Virus record (IMG/VR): IMGVR_UViG_3300032245_000624
Reading direction: 5' to 3' (one strand)
DNA length: 64,000 nucleotides
Source of the DNA: a virus
Taxonomy: Duplodnaviria; Heunggongvirae; Uroviricota; Caudoviricetes
Numbering within the stretch: the stretch's first letter is position 1; every line of letters begins with the position of its first letter. Made by a program: the position numbers and the translations under genes. Under the pieces are notes generated by a model. It was given only the letters and a program-made list of their open reading frames with translations, was not told where the DNA came from and did not search any database. This document shows positions 47,309 to 57,458 of this stretch, piece after piece.

Positions 47309-48154
47309 TTACTTGTTGTCAGCTTGTGCGGCCAATGCTGCCTTTACTGCGGCTTCCACAGCAACACGGATCAAGTCAGCAGTTGCGGTATCAGTTGCGG
47401 CTTCTACTTGCACAGGTGCAATAAAAGCCTCGTCCGGATGCACACCCAATTCACCAATAACTTCGTATCGGCAAGTGCGACCCTTCGTTGCGTTGTAGTC
47501 TGCAGGAATGCTTACAACATCTTTAGGATTGATCTTAAGGATCACTGTGCGGCTATCATGCCCACCAAAGTGATTCAAGTACTCCTTGGAGCAGAAGTGC
47601 AGGCCTGTGGAACATGTGTTATTCATGTTGTCATCCACTGCATTGCGTTCCATTTCCACCACAGTGCCAGGAGCATTGCTCATGGTACCTGAGTGGATAT
47701 CCAAGAAGTCAGCACGTACTTTCTTGTAGGCCAAAAAGTGACCATCTGGAGTCAAGGGCAGGTTGCCCTTTTCCAAGAAGCCGTAGAGTTCTTCAACTGC
47801 TCGCTTGGAGGGGTTCTGCATCAAGTTCTCCATGAACAAGATCAGTGGCTCAACTGGAAAGCCTTCTTGGTACATGTCAATCAAGCGAGCAGTGAGCACA
47901 CCTGACATTTCACGTTCTTTGTAGAACACCTTGGAGCCTTGCACAGCCACATGGCCTGCACCATAGCCGAGGATCTCTTTAGCAGGATCCACAACCTGTT
48001 TAACAGTATCCCAGTCATTGTCCTTGATAGCTTGTTTCAGCTTCTCATATCCAATGTGAGTGGATGTTACAGTATAGGGCTGGTTGTCAATGATAACAAC
48101 AATGTTCTTGCCCTGAATCAAATATGGAAATGCCATTTTAAGCCTCTTTGTCAA
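47309..48154 (-). CDS. rIIB: rIIB-like protein
   Basis: C-terminal half (NPSKRAV...TCSTGLHFCSKEY...KDVVSIPADYNATKGRTCRYEV) aligns with T4 rIIB. Confidence 0.85.
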   Translation of the reverse strand: MTKRLKMAFPYLIQGKNIVVIIDNQPYTVTSTHIGYEKLKQAIKDNDWDTVKQVVDPAKEILGYGAGHVAVQGSKVFYKEREMSGVLTARLIDMYQEGFPVEPLILFMENLMQNPSKRAVEELYGFLEKGNLPLTPDGHFLAYKKVRADFLDIHSGTMSNAPGTVVEMERNAVDDNMNNTCSTGLHFCSKEYLNHFGGHDSRTVILKINPKDVVSIPADYNATKGRTCRYEVIGELGVHPDEAFIAPVQVEAATDTATADLIRVAVEAAVKAALAAQADNK

Positions 48155-50315
48155 TCAAGTTGATGTACTGTGCTACTGCCAACGCATTGATGTCGTAGTC
48201 ACGCAAACTGCTCAAGAGTGGATAACGATTACGGATGGCAGTCATTTCACCTGTAATGTTTTGGACAACCGAGTCTACGTCAACTGGTGTTGCATAGTCA
48301 CGGCACAAACGTTCTAAACTGTGTTTCTCAACTTTGACATTTTCGATGCCTCTGAACTGAGTCAAAAACTTCGAGAATGGGCTGTTGCTGTCTACAAGTT
48401 TTACAATATCGCTATTGTAGCGGAAAACTTTATTCACGTCAAGCTGTTTCAGCGCACAATTACGCACAACGGACACATCCAATTTTGCCAAAACTGTGCG
48501 AATGTGATCTTGTACATTGATCCAGTTCTTCTGTGTCTTGATAAACTCGATATCCGATTTACGCACACCGTAGATTGTGATACCATGCAAACCAGGAATG
48601 CCTGACTCAGTAACCATGTCGCTGAACTGACGCAGGTTGTGAATTGAAACGCTGTCAGTGATAACTTCAAAACCTTTGAGTGGCAGGTAGTAGTAGGTTT
48701 CAGTGTCGTCAAAGCTGTCGGCCTTGCCTGCGTCCTTCCACACCAGCTCACGCTCTTTGTGATAGCCACCGTAACCACGACGTTGCAAGCTCATGATACT
48801 AACATTAGCACCCATACCAGTACCGGTGTTCTTGCGTTCTTTTTCAATCAAGTCGCTGGCCAACATGCGTTGGGCCGCAGGCGGTTCACGTAGTTCTGCA
48901 AAGAAGCCCAGCGTGTCCATAGCATGGCCCTTGGTAGCAGGACTTATCACATACACTGTGGTGCTATAACCTGCACCAGGCAATTTGCTACCTTTGCTTT
49001 CTGCATTGCGCCAGTGGTACTTGGCACGGCTCAATGCACCAACTCGGGTATTGTTGGTAATAAAAACATTCTGACCATTGATGTTGAATTCCCACACTTG
49101 TTCAAAGTTGGTGTGAGTCTTGTCGTACACACGGCCGGGCTTGACTTCTGAGCAGGTGGCCGCACTACGACCTTTGTTGAAGGCCAGGATCTCAATGTTA
49201 TAGCGAGAGGCCAAGTCTTTGAGATTGATCTTAAACGGCACTGAGTGCATGTAATTGCCGCGGCTGTTAGGGTCAATCAAATCAAAGCCAGTGTCTTTCA
49301 CATACTTGTGAGCGGCCTGATTCCACAGCATCTCATTGGCTTTCTTCTGCAGGAACTCTACCTTTTCCCAGTCATTGGTGATAGCGCCTGCTTCCATGCC
49401 CAGGTGTACTGCCAACTGTGCATTCAATGCCTCTAGCTTGGCACGAATGGCATTCACAGTCTGTGGAATATAGCTCAAGCCCTCGCGACTTGCTTGGAAG
49501 TCCAACTCGCCAATGTCAAAGTGCATCTCCAAGCCACAGCTCAACAAGTTGGCAAGTTCACCAATTTGGTCTTGGTTAGGCAAGTCAATTGGGTATGCAA
49601 TATTACCCATCACAGCACGACTAGAACGACCACCAGTGTAATGCACACCTGGAATGATGTTCTTGTCCTTGTACTCAACATCACGGAACTTGAACTCACC
49701 GTCACCGCCTGATACCACAGGACGCAGGGCAAAGTAGGTGTACACATGTCGAGCTTCTTCTTCAAACTTGTAGAAGTCGCCACGGCTGTCTACTGCAAAC
49801 TTGACTTCAACACCTGCGGGTTGATCAGTGGGTTCTGAGTGCATGAGCACAATGCTAGGCACGCCTTCGCCGTTGATGAAAGCAGAGTACACTCCACGCA
49901 CACCATCACGGATGGCAGTCACAGTAAAATTGTCTGTGTAACTGAAAGGTGACTTGGAACCCAAGCCCAGGGCACCAATGAACGCATTGGATTCTGTCTT
50001 GGTAGATTCAAAGTAAGTGGTGTAGATGCTTTGCACCTGTTCGTGAGTAAGGCCAGTGCCATAGTCACGGATGCTGAATGTAGGATCAATAGTGTTAGGC
50101 AAGTGTACATCAAACGGTGTTGCCTGCTTGCCTGCGGCAGTATGGCTGTCAACTGCATTGCAAGAAAGCTCGCGGATGATAGCGCGGATCTTGTTTGCGT
50201 ACAAGCCTGAGGAAAGAATGTTAAAGGCCTTAGCAGAATTGCGAATACGGAACTCGCCAATTTCGCCTACGTTAGACAGAACAGCTTCGTGGGCTGGTGC
50301 ATTGTTGATGATCAA
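48138..50315 (-). CDS. rIIA: rIIA-like protein with an N-terminal GHKL ATPase domain
   Basis: 725 aa. YANKIRAIIRELSCNAVDSH...GLGSKSPFSYTD matches the T4 rIIA N-terminus. Confidence 0.85.
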   Translation of the reverse strand: MIINNAPAHEAVLSNVGEIGEFRIRNSAKAFNILSSGLYANKIRAIIRELSCNAVDSHTAAGKQATPFDVHLPNTIDPTFSIRDYGTGLTHEQVQSIYTTYFESTKTESNAFIGALGLGSKSPFSYTDNFTVTAIRDGVRGVYSAFINGEGVPSIVLMHSEPTDQPAGVEVKFAVDSRGDFYKFEEEARHVYTYFALRPVVSGGDGEFKFRDVEYKDKNIIPGVHYTGGRSSRAVMGNIAYPIDLPNQDQIGELANLLSCGLEMHFDIGELDFQASREGLSYIPQTVNAIRAKLEALNAQLAVHLGMEAGAITNDWEKVEFLQKKANEMLWNQAAHKYVKDTGFDLIDPNSRGNYMHSVPFKINLKDLASRYNIEILAFNKGRSAATCSEVKPGRVYDKTHTNFEQVWEFNINGQNVFITNNTRVGALSRAKYHWRNAESKGSKLPGAGYSTTVYVISPATKGHAMDTLGFFAELREPPAAQRMLASDLIEKERKNTGTGMGANVSIMSLQRRGYGGYHKERELVWKDAGKADSFDDTETYYYLPLKGFEVITDSVSIHNLRQFSDMVTESGIPGLHGITIYGVRKSDIEFIKTQKNWINVQDHIRTVLAKLDVSVVRNCALKQLDVNKVFRYNSDIVKLVDSNSPFSKFLTQFRGIENVKVEKHSLERLCRDYATPVDVDSVVQNITGEMTAIRNRYPLLSSLRDYDINALAVAQYINLIDKEA

Positions 50316-50347
50316 TTCTAGCTCCTGTTTTTACTTACTAAGCCACT

Positions 50348-50376
50348 ATTATAGCGGTGTTGAACAAAACGGTCAA
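50348..50376 (-). promoter_or_regulatory. Promoter TTGACC-17-TATAAT for rIIA-rIIB, with AAAACGG/CCGTTTT arms directly flanking the -35
   Basis: Plus ggtcaa at 50371-50376 and attata at 50348-50353. Confidence 0.65.
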
Positions 50377-50382
50377 CCGTTT

Positions 50383-50784
50383 TTACACTTCCTGATTGTA
50401 TTCTTTACGCAACACTTCCAGGCATTGCTCTTTGGTACGTTTGGTCACAACAACCTTGCCGCCAAAGAAGCCCACGTACAGATTGCGGTGCTCCACAAAT
50501 TTTACTTCGCCATCAGCACCGGTATGCTTTTGACGCATAGGAGCCTTAACAACCACTTTTTTGGCCACTGTCTTTTTAACAGCAGGCTTGATGCCCAGCG
50601 GAGTCATACCTGCCAGTGCAGGCACTTGAGGTGTTGCAGGCTTTGCAGGAGGATTGTTGAAGCTGTGCTTCTTGTCGTATTTTGCAATCTGCTCTGGAGT
50701 GAAACCCCAAGTAGCAATCAGTCGCTTGGTTTCAGTGCCAGTGAGTGAATTCCAGTTGATGCAAGAGTCTGTCCAGTTTTTCAT
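50383..50784 (-). CDS. Hypothetical protein (133 aa)
   Basis: ORF after cassette copy C. Confidence 0.5.
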   Translation of the reverse strand: MKNWTDSCINWNSLTGTETKRLIATWGFTPEQIAKYDKKHSFNNPPAKPATPQVPALAGMTPLGIKPAVKKTVAKKVVVKAPMRQKHTGADGEVKFVEHRNLYVGFFGGKVVVTKRTKEQCLEVLRKEYNQEV

Positions 50785-50815
50785 TGCGAGCTCCTTTTTG
50801 TTTAACTTAGCCTAT

Positions 50816-50844
50816 AGTATAGCAAAAACGGGTATTTGGGTCAA
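50816..50844 (-). promoter_or_regulatory. Phage promoter cassette copy C
   Basis: Plus ggtcaa at 50839-50844 and agtata at 50816-50821, with conserved leader and RBS. Confidence 0.7.
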
Positions 50845-50861
50845 CCGTTTTTTTGTTGCTT

Positions 50862-51150
50862 TTATGCAACATTTTGAGCTTGCAAAAACTTTAATACTTT
50901 GGGTTGTATTTTTACAGCAACAGATTGGCTGTTATTTTGCACACGAAATTGCTCAATTTTTGCTTGCACTAGTGCTAGAGTAGTGCTTGGGTGGCAAGGA
51001 AGCTCCGAATAATACAGGGCTTTGTTTACAGGGCACGATTCAAAATTATGGGCACTTATGCGAATAGCAACGGGCGCATTTGAATAGGGAGTTGTTTTAA
51101 TACTAACATTTGCAAAGAGGCGATTGCTTGCTTTTGTAGTAAAATGCACG
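50862..51150 (-). CDS. Hypothetical protein (about 96 aa), probably starting at GTG 51150 rather than the listed ATG 51188, which lies inside the promoter
   Basis: The listed start overlaps the -10 of cassette F. GGAGC lies 5 nt upstream of the GTG. Confidence 0.4.
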
Positions 51151-51178
51151 TTGAGCTCCTTTTTGTTATTGAGCTCAT

Positions 51179-51207
51179 AGTATAGCAAAACGGGTGTTTT
51201 CGGTCAA
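51179..51207 (-). promoter_or_regulatory. Phage promoter cassette copy F (divergent leader)
   Basis: Plus ggtcaa at 51202-51207 and agtata at 51179-51184. Confidence 0.6.
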
Positions 51208-51210
51208 CCG

Positions 51211-51456
51211 TTAGAGATACCCGCGGTCGAAATTTGCGTGGATAGCATACCACTGGAAAAATATGGGTTCATATTCTGCCCAATTGCATACCGCCCATTC
51301 TTCTTCGCGTTCTACTTCCCACGGCCTGAGGCTGTTGCTCAGCAGGGCCATCACGAGCTTTTTGTTGTGCCGTGTGGCCTGGCCCTTGGCCGAGCTCTCC
51401 TTGCCATACATGCCAATCAATTGGCCTGATCCTTTTTTATAAACTACAAATCTCAT
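51211..51456 (-). CDS. Hypothetical protein (81 aa)
   Basis: ORF. Confidence 0.45.
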   Translation of the reverse strand: MRFVVYKKGSGQLIGMYGKESSAKGQATRHNKKLVMALLSNSLRPWEVEREEEWAVCNWAEYEPIFFQWYAIHANFDRGYL

Positions 51457-51852
51457 CTACCAACTCGAATTATAAAACACTTTCATGCCTTGTGTGAGCT
51501 CAGAGCGAGCCTGTTTAATAAAATCCAGATCCTGGGTCCGGTAATGGTCGTCTGAATCATTGCCAAAGAAAAAGCCTGTGGTTCCGGGCAGTTCCTTGCG
51601 CTTGACCACGTACTCTAGTCTATCCAGATCTTCAAAGGTCAACTCCAGCTCATCGCCATTAAAGTCACCAGTATGACCACGTTCATTCCAGAGCTTGTGC
51701 ATCCAGCCATGCAGGTTAGGATGCTTGCGCCAGTAGGCGATTTCACGAGGTTTTTCTACAGGACCCGAATCTGTTTTGTAGTCATAGCTTTCGTAGTAGT
51801 CTCTCATTTGGCCTTCTTTAGCGGCCACGTAAGCATACATGTCTAGTCCCAT
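51457..51852 (-). CDS. Hypothetical protein (131 aa)
   Basis: ORF. Confidence 0.5.
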   Translation of the reverse strand: MGLDMYAYVAAKEGQMRDYYESYDYKTDSGPVEKPREIAYWRKHPNLHGWMHKLWNERGHTGDFNGDELELTFEDLDRLEYVVKRKELPGTTGFFFGNDSDDHYRTQDLDFIKQARSELTQGMKVFYNSSW

Positions 51853-51854
51853 GT

Positions 51855-52139
51855 TTAATCTCCTGAATCAATTTGATAACTATCACCACAATGCACACAC
51901 TTGTAGTTGGTAAGACATCTACCAGCGTTGCTACTTTCATACACATGAACACAGGGCATACCACTGTAGTCTATGTTCACCACACCCTTAGGGCGACCGT
52001 ACATGTACTGGCCACCGCAGTTGCGGCATTCCAGTGTATCGGTATTTGCATCATATCCTGCCAGCACATTCTTGTACTGATTATCTCCAGCAGGCACACG
52101 CCCACTGCCACTGCATACAGGACACGTTCCTTTTTCCAT
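51855..52139 (-). CDS. Cys-rich zinc-ribbon protein (94 aa)
   Basis: CPVCSG...CRNCGG...CVHCG. Confidence 0.5.
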   Translation of the reverse strand: MEKGTCPVCSGSGRVPAGDNQYKNVLAGYDANTDTLECRNCGGQYMYGRPKGVVNIDYSGMPCVHVYESSNAGRCLTNYKCVHCGDSYQIDSGD

Positions 52140-52140
52140 C

Positions 52141-52356
52141 TTAACTCCTTACAACCAATCCAACAATATAAATCAACAAGAGCCCTGCATTGATTGTGAC
52201 CAGGCTCCATTCACGAATACGCACACTCCAAATCAAATACAACAGAGCACCACCATTCAACAACCAGATGTTCAGTGGATCAATCTGCAGGCTTGTACAA
52301 AGTGCGCCACTCAGCGTCACAGCACAGGCTATCCATTTCAGTATTGTATCAGTCAA
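52141..52356 (-). CDS. Small membrane protein (71 aa, 2 TM)
   Basis: Hydrophobic ORF. Confidence 0.45.
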   Translation of the reverse strand: MTDTILKWIACAVTLSGALCTSLQIDPLNIWLLNGGALLYLIWSVRIREWSLVTINAGLLLIYIVGLVVRS

Positions 52357-52439
52357 GGTGTACTCCTGACATCGGGCGTTTGCCCAGCCAGTGGTCTTTG
52401 GTGATACAAACCGATTGTGGAATCAGGTGCTCCTGTTTT

Positions 52440-52763
52440 CTAATTTCTCTTTTTGCGGCCACGCACACTGACTCGCTTGGCATCGGGACTGCTATTTTGT
52501 CCACGAACTGTCCTCTGCTTGTGGTGAGCATGATCAATAGTATCCAATCCATTATTAACTCCAAATTCTCGTTCTACATAAAATTTAACTAGACTACGCT
52601 GAATCATTGTAATCAAGTCACCGTGATCGTCTGCAACAACAAATCTCACAGGACAATGGCCCCAGGTCCGTGAATGCACAAACTCTGCATACCAACGTCT
52701 ATGGTCTTTGTTTCGTGGGTCAAATACCACCCACGGCCGGGCCAAGAATTCCAGTTGTGACAT
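52440..52763 (-). CDS. Hypothetical protein (107 aa) with a basic C-terminus
   Basis: ORF. The overlapping ORF 52349..52564 in another frame is judged less likely. Confidence 0.45.
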   Translation of the reverse strand: MSQLEFLARPWVVFDPRNKDHRRWYAEFVHSRTWGHCPVRFVVADDHGDLITMIQRSLVKFYVEREFGVNNGLDTIDHAHHKQRTVRGQNSSPDAKRVSVRGRKKRN

Positions 52764-52765
52764 AA

Positions 52766-52886
52766 TCTATACGATCTCCCAGGTAATTGCAGTAGGGTGC
52801 ATTGCCTTGCGATTCTGCCAGTAAGGCAATGCCCAGGTTAAATCGGTTTCAACCACAATCAGTCGCTTGTTGAAGTAGACTTTCAT
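52766..52886 (-). CDS. Unlisted small ORF (39 aa, MKVYFNKRLIVVETDLTWALPYWQNRK...)
   Basis: ATGA overlap with the upstream stop at 52883-52886. Confidence 0.3.
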
Positions 52887-53077
52887 GACAACTCCAATTC
52901 CAGTTCTTTGTCAAGTTCACCCAACATGTCATGTAGGCTTTCTACAAATTGTGGCAAGTTGACATCGGTAGGTTCGTAGAATGTACGGAACTTGAGAATT
53001 TCTTTTTCCAGTGCCAGCGCCGCGGACACCAGCTGATTGTATTGTGCATCAATCATTTCTTGCTTCTCTTTCATCAT
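52883..53077 (-). CDS. Hypothetical protein (64 aa)
   Basis: ORF. Confidence 0.45.
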   Translation of the reverse strand: MMKEKQEMIDAQYNQLVSAALALEKEILKFRTFYEPTDVNLPQFVESLHDMLGELDKELELELS

Positions 53078-53334
53078 ACTGCCTCCGCTGTTTTAGGAAA
53101 ACGACTGGTTGCTTCACTGTACCCATCACAAGAGAACTTGCTAGAACCAAATTGGTTGATCACATGCACAAGAATGTCATCATAAGCGGCCCACTCAATG
53201 CACTCTTTGCGAGCTGTTTGAAAGTTGTTGGTAGTCAACAACACTTGTCGACCCAAGAAGTCAACATCTGCATCTTCCTTGGAAGACACCTCAGTGACCA
53301 CTCGGTATTTGTAAGGCATGTTACCGTATCTCAT
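53074..53334 (-). CDS. Hypothetical protein (86 aa)
   Basis: ORF. Confidence 0.45.
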   Translation of the reverse strand: MRYGNMPYKYRVVTEVSSKEDADVDFLGRQVLLTTNNFQTARKECIEWAAYDDILVHVINQFGSSKFSCDGYSEATSRFPKTAEAV

Positions 53335-53615
53335 TATGCAGACTCCAACATGTTAGCAGGCACCTTCCACAGACCCTGCTGAGTGGCCACTGTGACATAC
53401 TTGATAGCAACCTTGCTCACGGTACCAGTCATTGTCACACCACGCTTGGTGCTGTGGAACTTGACCGCATCACCTTTGGTGAACGCACGGATCTTGGTTG
53501 CACGAAGCTGGGCACGAGCATAGTTCACGGCATCGCTGATGCTATTCAGTTGCTCGTTGGTAAAGTTGCTGAACATGATTGAAGTGTTAACTTCTTGAAT
53601 GGTTGCGTATGACAT
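53334..53615 (-). CDS. Hypothetical protein (93 aa)
   Basis: ORF after cassette copy D. Confidence 0.5.
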   Translation of the reverse strand: MSYATIQEVNTSIMFSNFTNEQLNSISDAVNYARAQLRATKIRAFTKGDAVKFHSTKRGVTMTGTVSKVAIKYVTVATQQGLWKVPANMLESA

Positions 53616-53645
53616 GATGTGCTCCTTTTGTTTAACTTAGCCTAT

Positions 53646-53674
53646 AGTATAGCAAAACGGGAATTTCTGGTCAA
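53646..53674 (-). promoter_or_regulatory. Phage promoter cassette copy D
   Basis: Plus ggtcaa at 53669-53674 and agtata at 53646-53651. Confidence 0.7.
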
Positions 53675-53680
53675 CCGTTT

Positions 53681-53947
53681 TTATTCGGAAAATTCGTACA
53701 TGAATTGGACCGTGCTAGGATCCAACTTGATCAGATCACGGGCGGCGCCAGTCAGCGCACGATAGCGAGCTTGTACTTGACTACGAGGCAATTCACCATC
53801 ACAGCTCAAGTTCTCTGGGCTGAGTGCGGCATCAATGCTCTGTGCCACACGTTTGCGACCCTGGGCAGTTTTAACTTCAAACTGCTCGCCCTTGAAGATT
53901 GCGTTCCATTTGTTCTGTTGTTCAATGTATGCTTGAAGTGCTTTCAT
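53681..53947 (-). CDS. Hypothetical protein (88 aa)
   Basis: ORF after cassette copy E. Confidence 0.5.
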   Translation of the reverse strand: MKALQAYIEQQNKWNAIFKGEQFEVKTAQGRKRVAQSIDAALSPENLSCDGELPRSQVQARYRALTGAARDLIKLDPSTVQFMYEFSE

Positions 53948-53977
53948 TGCTGGCTCCTTTTGTTTAACTTAGCCTCT

Positions 53978-54006
53978 AGTATAGCAAAACGGGTAGATTT
54001 GGTCAA
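53978..54006 (-). promoter_or_regulatory. Phage promoter cassette copy E
   Basis: Plus ggtcaa at 54001-54006 and agtata at 53978-53983. Confidence 0.7.
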
Positions 54007-54032
54007 CCGTTTTGTTTGTTGCGAAAAACCCA

Positions 54033-54065
54033 CAAAAAACCCCTGTAAAAACAAGGGTTTAAAAG
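54033..54065 (-). terminator. Rho-independent terminator upstream of promoter E
   Basis: aaaaacccctgtaaaaacaagggttt hairpin plus U-tract. Confidence 0.55.
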
Positions 54066-54088
54066 TAGTACTTTTGTTAACAAAAATG

Positions 54089-55531
54089 CTATTTTTTAGA
54101 TCTGCCGGATTTCATGTTAGCACACCAGTGGTACATTTTTGCCCGTTCTCCACTGGCACGTTTGGCCTTGGCTCTGAGTGATGTTACGGATCCGTCACAG
54201 CTGGCGCCTGCACGGCTTACTCTGCCCGGACGACTCTTGCCTTTGACCTTGCCGTCATGGAAGTTTTCCCACACACGCTCTTCTTCACCGCGGTGCTTGT
54301 CCCAGAAGCCTTTGCCTGCATCTGTTTGATCCCAACTACGATGTATCTCATAGCCCAGTTTCTTAACAAAGTCGTACATGGTACGAGCAATGCCTTGCCC
54401 TTGGTACTTGTCATCCACACGCAGATCCTGTGGGTCTAGTTCTTTACCATCACCGATGTTGAATTCAACGTAGCCTAGTACTTTGTTACCCCAGTCGTTT
54501 AGTGCTTCAACCTTGAGCTTGTATGATTCTTTGCTTACTCGTATGTTCAGCCCTTCAAACTCAACCATCTTGGATTCTGCCAAGCCTCGTCCTAGTCTGC
54601 TTAGTTCGTATATAACTATGTCACCATTGTCGGCACGGAAGGCTCGATATCCCCAAGCACGAGCATAACGCTGTACCAGTCTGTCGTACAGTTTAGCACG
54701 GCTTTCTGGATTGAAGTGTTCAACATTGTCTGCGTCCATGTCCACTTGTTTGCTGGCCGAGAAACTTAGTCGTTGTGGTTTGTATTTTTTGATGTATTTT
54801 TGTATAGCATCTAGTACTGTAGCAAAAATACGCTGTGCATCGCCCTCGCCTGTGACTTCTTGACTGTTGTTTCTATGGAACTCAACTTGCGTGACTTCTT
54901 CGCCTTCGTCACCATACTCCTGATTAAACATGATGTTGAGGTATGTGCCGTCTGGTAATTTTGCGTTTACATCAACGTCACCGTAGTCTGATTTTTCCCA
55001 CTTGCCCTTGTAAGGGTTGTCAAAGGCTTCTGCTAGTTCTTCATCATCTAAAAATGTATCTGCAAATGATTTGCACAGATCACGTATGCTACCATTTTCA
55101 GTTTCCATGATGTTGAAGTCACGATGTTCTTCTTCTTGAGTAGGATCAATATAACCACAGTAGACTTTCTTTACGCCCACTTGGTCAATTAGTTCTGTAC
55201 AGTCAATACCAAAACGTTCGCTCATGTGTTCACTGCATGGACTACATGTTGTGATAATAATACTGCCCTCAGGTATATCGCCATGTGCCTCTTGGTACTT
55301 TTCAATAGCCACACGCTCGGCATGCTTGCGAGTGTCTGTGGCATCATCAAATGTGTTTAGTCCTGCTATAATGCGATTGTCAGGGTCTACCACTGCCGCG
55401 GCCACCATGCCATAAAGTCCTTCACGAGGATCTTTCATGCCTTGCACAACCATGTGACACAACCGAACTAGAATTCGATCTAGTTTTTTATAGTTGTGTA
55501 TCTCTGTGTTGCTGATGTCGCTGTAGCGCAT
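54089..55531 (-). CDS. Fusion protein: N-terminal cytidine/dCMP-deaminase-like zinc domain and C-terminal GNAT acetyltransferase-like domain
   Basis: HAERVAIEKY...TTCSPCSEHM (H-A-E ... PCxxC). C-terminal DKYQGQGIARTMYDFVKKLGY (GNAT motif A). Confidence 0.65.
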   Translation of the reverse strand: MRYSDISNTEIHNYKKLDRILVRLCHMVVQGMKDPREGLYGMVAAAVVDPDNRIIAGLNTFDDATDTRKHAERVAIEKYQEAHGDIPEGSIIITTCSPCSEHMSERFGIDCTELIDQVGVKKVYCGYIDPTQEEEHRDFNIMETENGSIRDLCKSFADTFLDDEELAEAFDNPYKGKWEKSDYGDVDVNAKLPDGTYLNIMFNQEYGDEGEEVTQVEFHRNNSQEVTGEGDAQRIFATVLDAIQKYIKKYKPQRLSFSASKQVDMDADNVEHFNPESRAKLYDRLVQRYARAWGYRAFRADNGDIVIYELSRLGRGLAESKMVEFEGLNIRVSKESYKLKVEALNDWGNKVLGYVEFNIGDGKELDPQDLRVDDKYQGQGIARTMYDFVKKLGYEIHRSWDQTDAGKGFWDKHRGEEERVWENFHDGKVKGKSRPGRVSRAGASCDGSVTSLRAKAKRASGERAKMYHWCANMKSGRSKK

Positions 55532-55532
55532 A

Positions 55533-57458
55533 TTAGTGGAACATTAAAAACTGTCTGCTCACGTCCAAGCGACTTGCGCCTAGATCGCCGTGGCCTGCAG
55601 GGAACACTACCACGTTCCACTTGGGCTTAGGACCTTCTGGAATACGCAACATCTGATCATAAGTGATAATAGTGTCTGGATCAATCTTGTATGCAGAAGC
55701 CAACTTTTGCTTGAACTGATTCCAGTCGTCTTCGCTCTTGACCTGTGTGCGACCTTTTTCATCTTTTACATACTTGCCTTTGGCATCTGTAACAAACAAT
55801 TCACGGAACATGTCTTTAGGCAATGTAACTGCATCTTTAACATGCTTGCCAGCACCACGTTGGAATTCAACTTTTTTGACTTCGCGGTTCTGAGAACCAC
55901 TGGAGAACTGTCCAACTACATTAGGCGGAGCACCTGCATCGGCAGCAAGGTCACCCATCTTGGTATAGAAGTAGAACTTGGCGCCTGGGTTGTTGCGAGC
56001 AACATTCATGGCTAGGTCATAATAGTCCTTGCTGAAGAAATCGCCTGCATCGTGAATACGAACTAGTAGTTTAATGCCTGCTTTGTCTGTGCGTTTTTGT
56101 GCTGCCTTGACCTCACGATCAAACATTGCCATATAGCCTTCTGGATCATTGACCAAGAAGTTCAGTGCCTGTGCCGCGCTCATTGAGCTGGCAGGGAACA
56201 TACGATATCCGCCCTTGCGAGCATAACAGAATATTTGGCATTCGCCTGCGCCCGGGCAGGTCTTGATTTCCACAAAGTCGCCTGTTTCTTCATCCACCAC
56301 AATGCCTGAAAGTGCTGGTAGCGTTAAATCGTACGTCATCGCACCTTCTTCTTTGCTCTTGGCCATTTTAGCGTTGGTGCCAAGAATTTGACTAGGGCGA
56401 GTTGTGATCTGTCTTGCTAGGTCATCCAGGTCCCACTTGTTGTTTGGGTCGTCGCTTTGTATGATTGCCTTGACGTTACTACCATGGATAATAGGCTTGA
56501 ATTTGTCTGATTTGGTCTTTGTGTCTGTTTGGATACGGTCAACATAGCTGTGTAGTTCGTCACGGCTCCACTTCTGTTGTGGTGCATCAAGTTTTAATGC
56601 TTCATCAACTTCTAGGCTTTCATTGGGCACACAGTTACGTACCTGTCCGCCATTCTTGCCCTTTTTAGTGCCTTCTGCGTGTTTGCCTGGCCAGCACTTG
56701 GTATAACCGTTGCTGTCCTTTTGTCCTTTTTTGATTTCATTGAGATTGCCGTGTGATTGGCACATGCCACAATCCGGGCAAGTCATTTCCATCTCAATGC
56801 TTTTGTTGTGTTTTTTCTTGCCAGCACAATGTGCCTTTTGTGAGAATCCTTTTGGATGTGAGCAGTTGATACTTTTCTTGTACTTCTGACTCCACTCTTC
56901 TGCTATTGGCTCGTCATCCACTGTGCCAATATAGTGATGGTCATGTACTTTGTAACCCTTGCGGCGATAGTGTGCAATGGCTTGGTTAATGGCTGCTTCA
57001 CGATTAGAAACGTTTTGTGTGATACGAATTGATTTCTGAATAGTTTCTTTGCGCTTGCTGACCATTGGGTGGTTTGGATCTGTTACTGTCACACCAATGC
57101 GGTGTGTAACCGGCCCCACAGACTCGTCGACACCAACTCCAAATGCTTCTGGTGGGTTTTCCTTTAGCATACGTTCCACTTGGTTAACCCATCCACTAAC
57201 ATCGCTGGAGCCAATTTCTTCTACATCGCCAACCCAGTCAGCAACATCATCAATTGCGGCCATAACTGCTTCTGGACCATACTTGAGTAGGTCATGACGC
57301 TGGCCCATGATGCGACGAGTAATAGCACTGGCTACTGGACTGGGTTCTCCAAATCCTTCAGCAACAGGATCTTTGCTTCCAGACTGTTCAATATCTAGAG
57401 GCTGGACTGCAAATCCGCCTAGCGTCTTGCCTTCTTTAATTAGTTCGGTGTATCTCAT
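55533..57458 (-). CDS. Large hypothetical protein (641 aa) with Cys/His clusters
   Basis: Long ORF with no family recognised by eye. Confidence 0.55.
   Translation of the reverse strand: MRYTELIKEGKTLGGFAVQPLDIEQSGSKDPVAEGFGEPSPVASAITRRIMGQRHDLLKYGPEAVMAAIDDVADWVGDVEEIGSSDVSGWVNQVERMLKENPPEAFGVGVDESVGPVTHRIGVTVTDPNHPMVSKRKETIQKSIRITQNVSNREAAINQAIAHYRRKGYKVHDHHYIGTVDDEPIAEEWSQKYKKSINCSHPKGFSQKAHCAGKKKHNKSIEMEMTCPDCGMCQSHGNLNEIKKGQKDSNGYTKCWPGKHAEGTKKGKNGGQVRNCVPNESLEVDEALKLDAPQQKWSRDELHSYVDRIQTDTKTKSDKFKPIIHGSNVKAIIQSDDPNNKWDLDDLARQITTRPSQILGTNAKMAKSKEEGAMTYDLTLPALSGIVVDEETGDFVEIKTCPGAGECQIFCYARKGGYRMFPASSMSAAQALNFLVNDPEGYMAMFDREVKAAQKRTDKAGIKLLVRIHDAGDFFSKDYYDLAMNVARNNPGAKFYFYTKMGDLAADAGAPPNVVGQFSSGSQNREVKKVEFQRGAGKHVKDAVTLPKDMFRELFVTDAKGKYVKDEKGRTQVKSEDDWNQFKQKLASAYKIDPDTIITYDQMLRIPEGPKPKWNVVVFPAGHGDLGASRLDVSRQFLMFH

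Noticed and set aside
52349-52564. ORF 52349..52564 (71 aa)
   Set aside because: It overlaps ORF 52440..52763 by 125 nt in another frame. Only one can be real and the longer one fits the operon spacing better. This remains uncertain.
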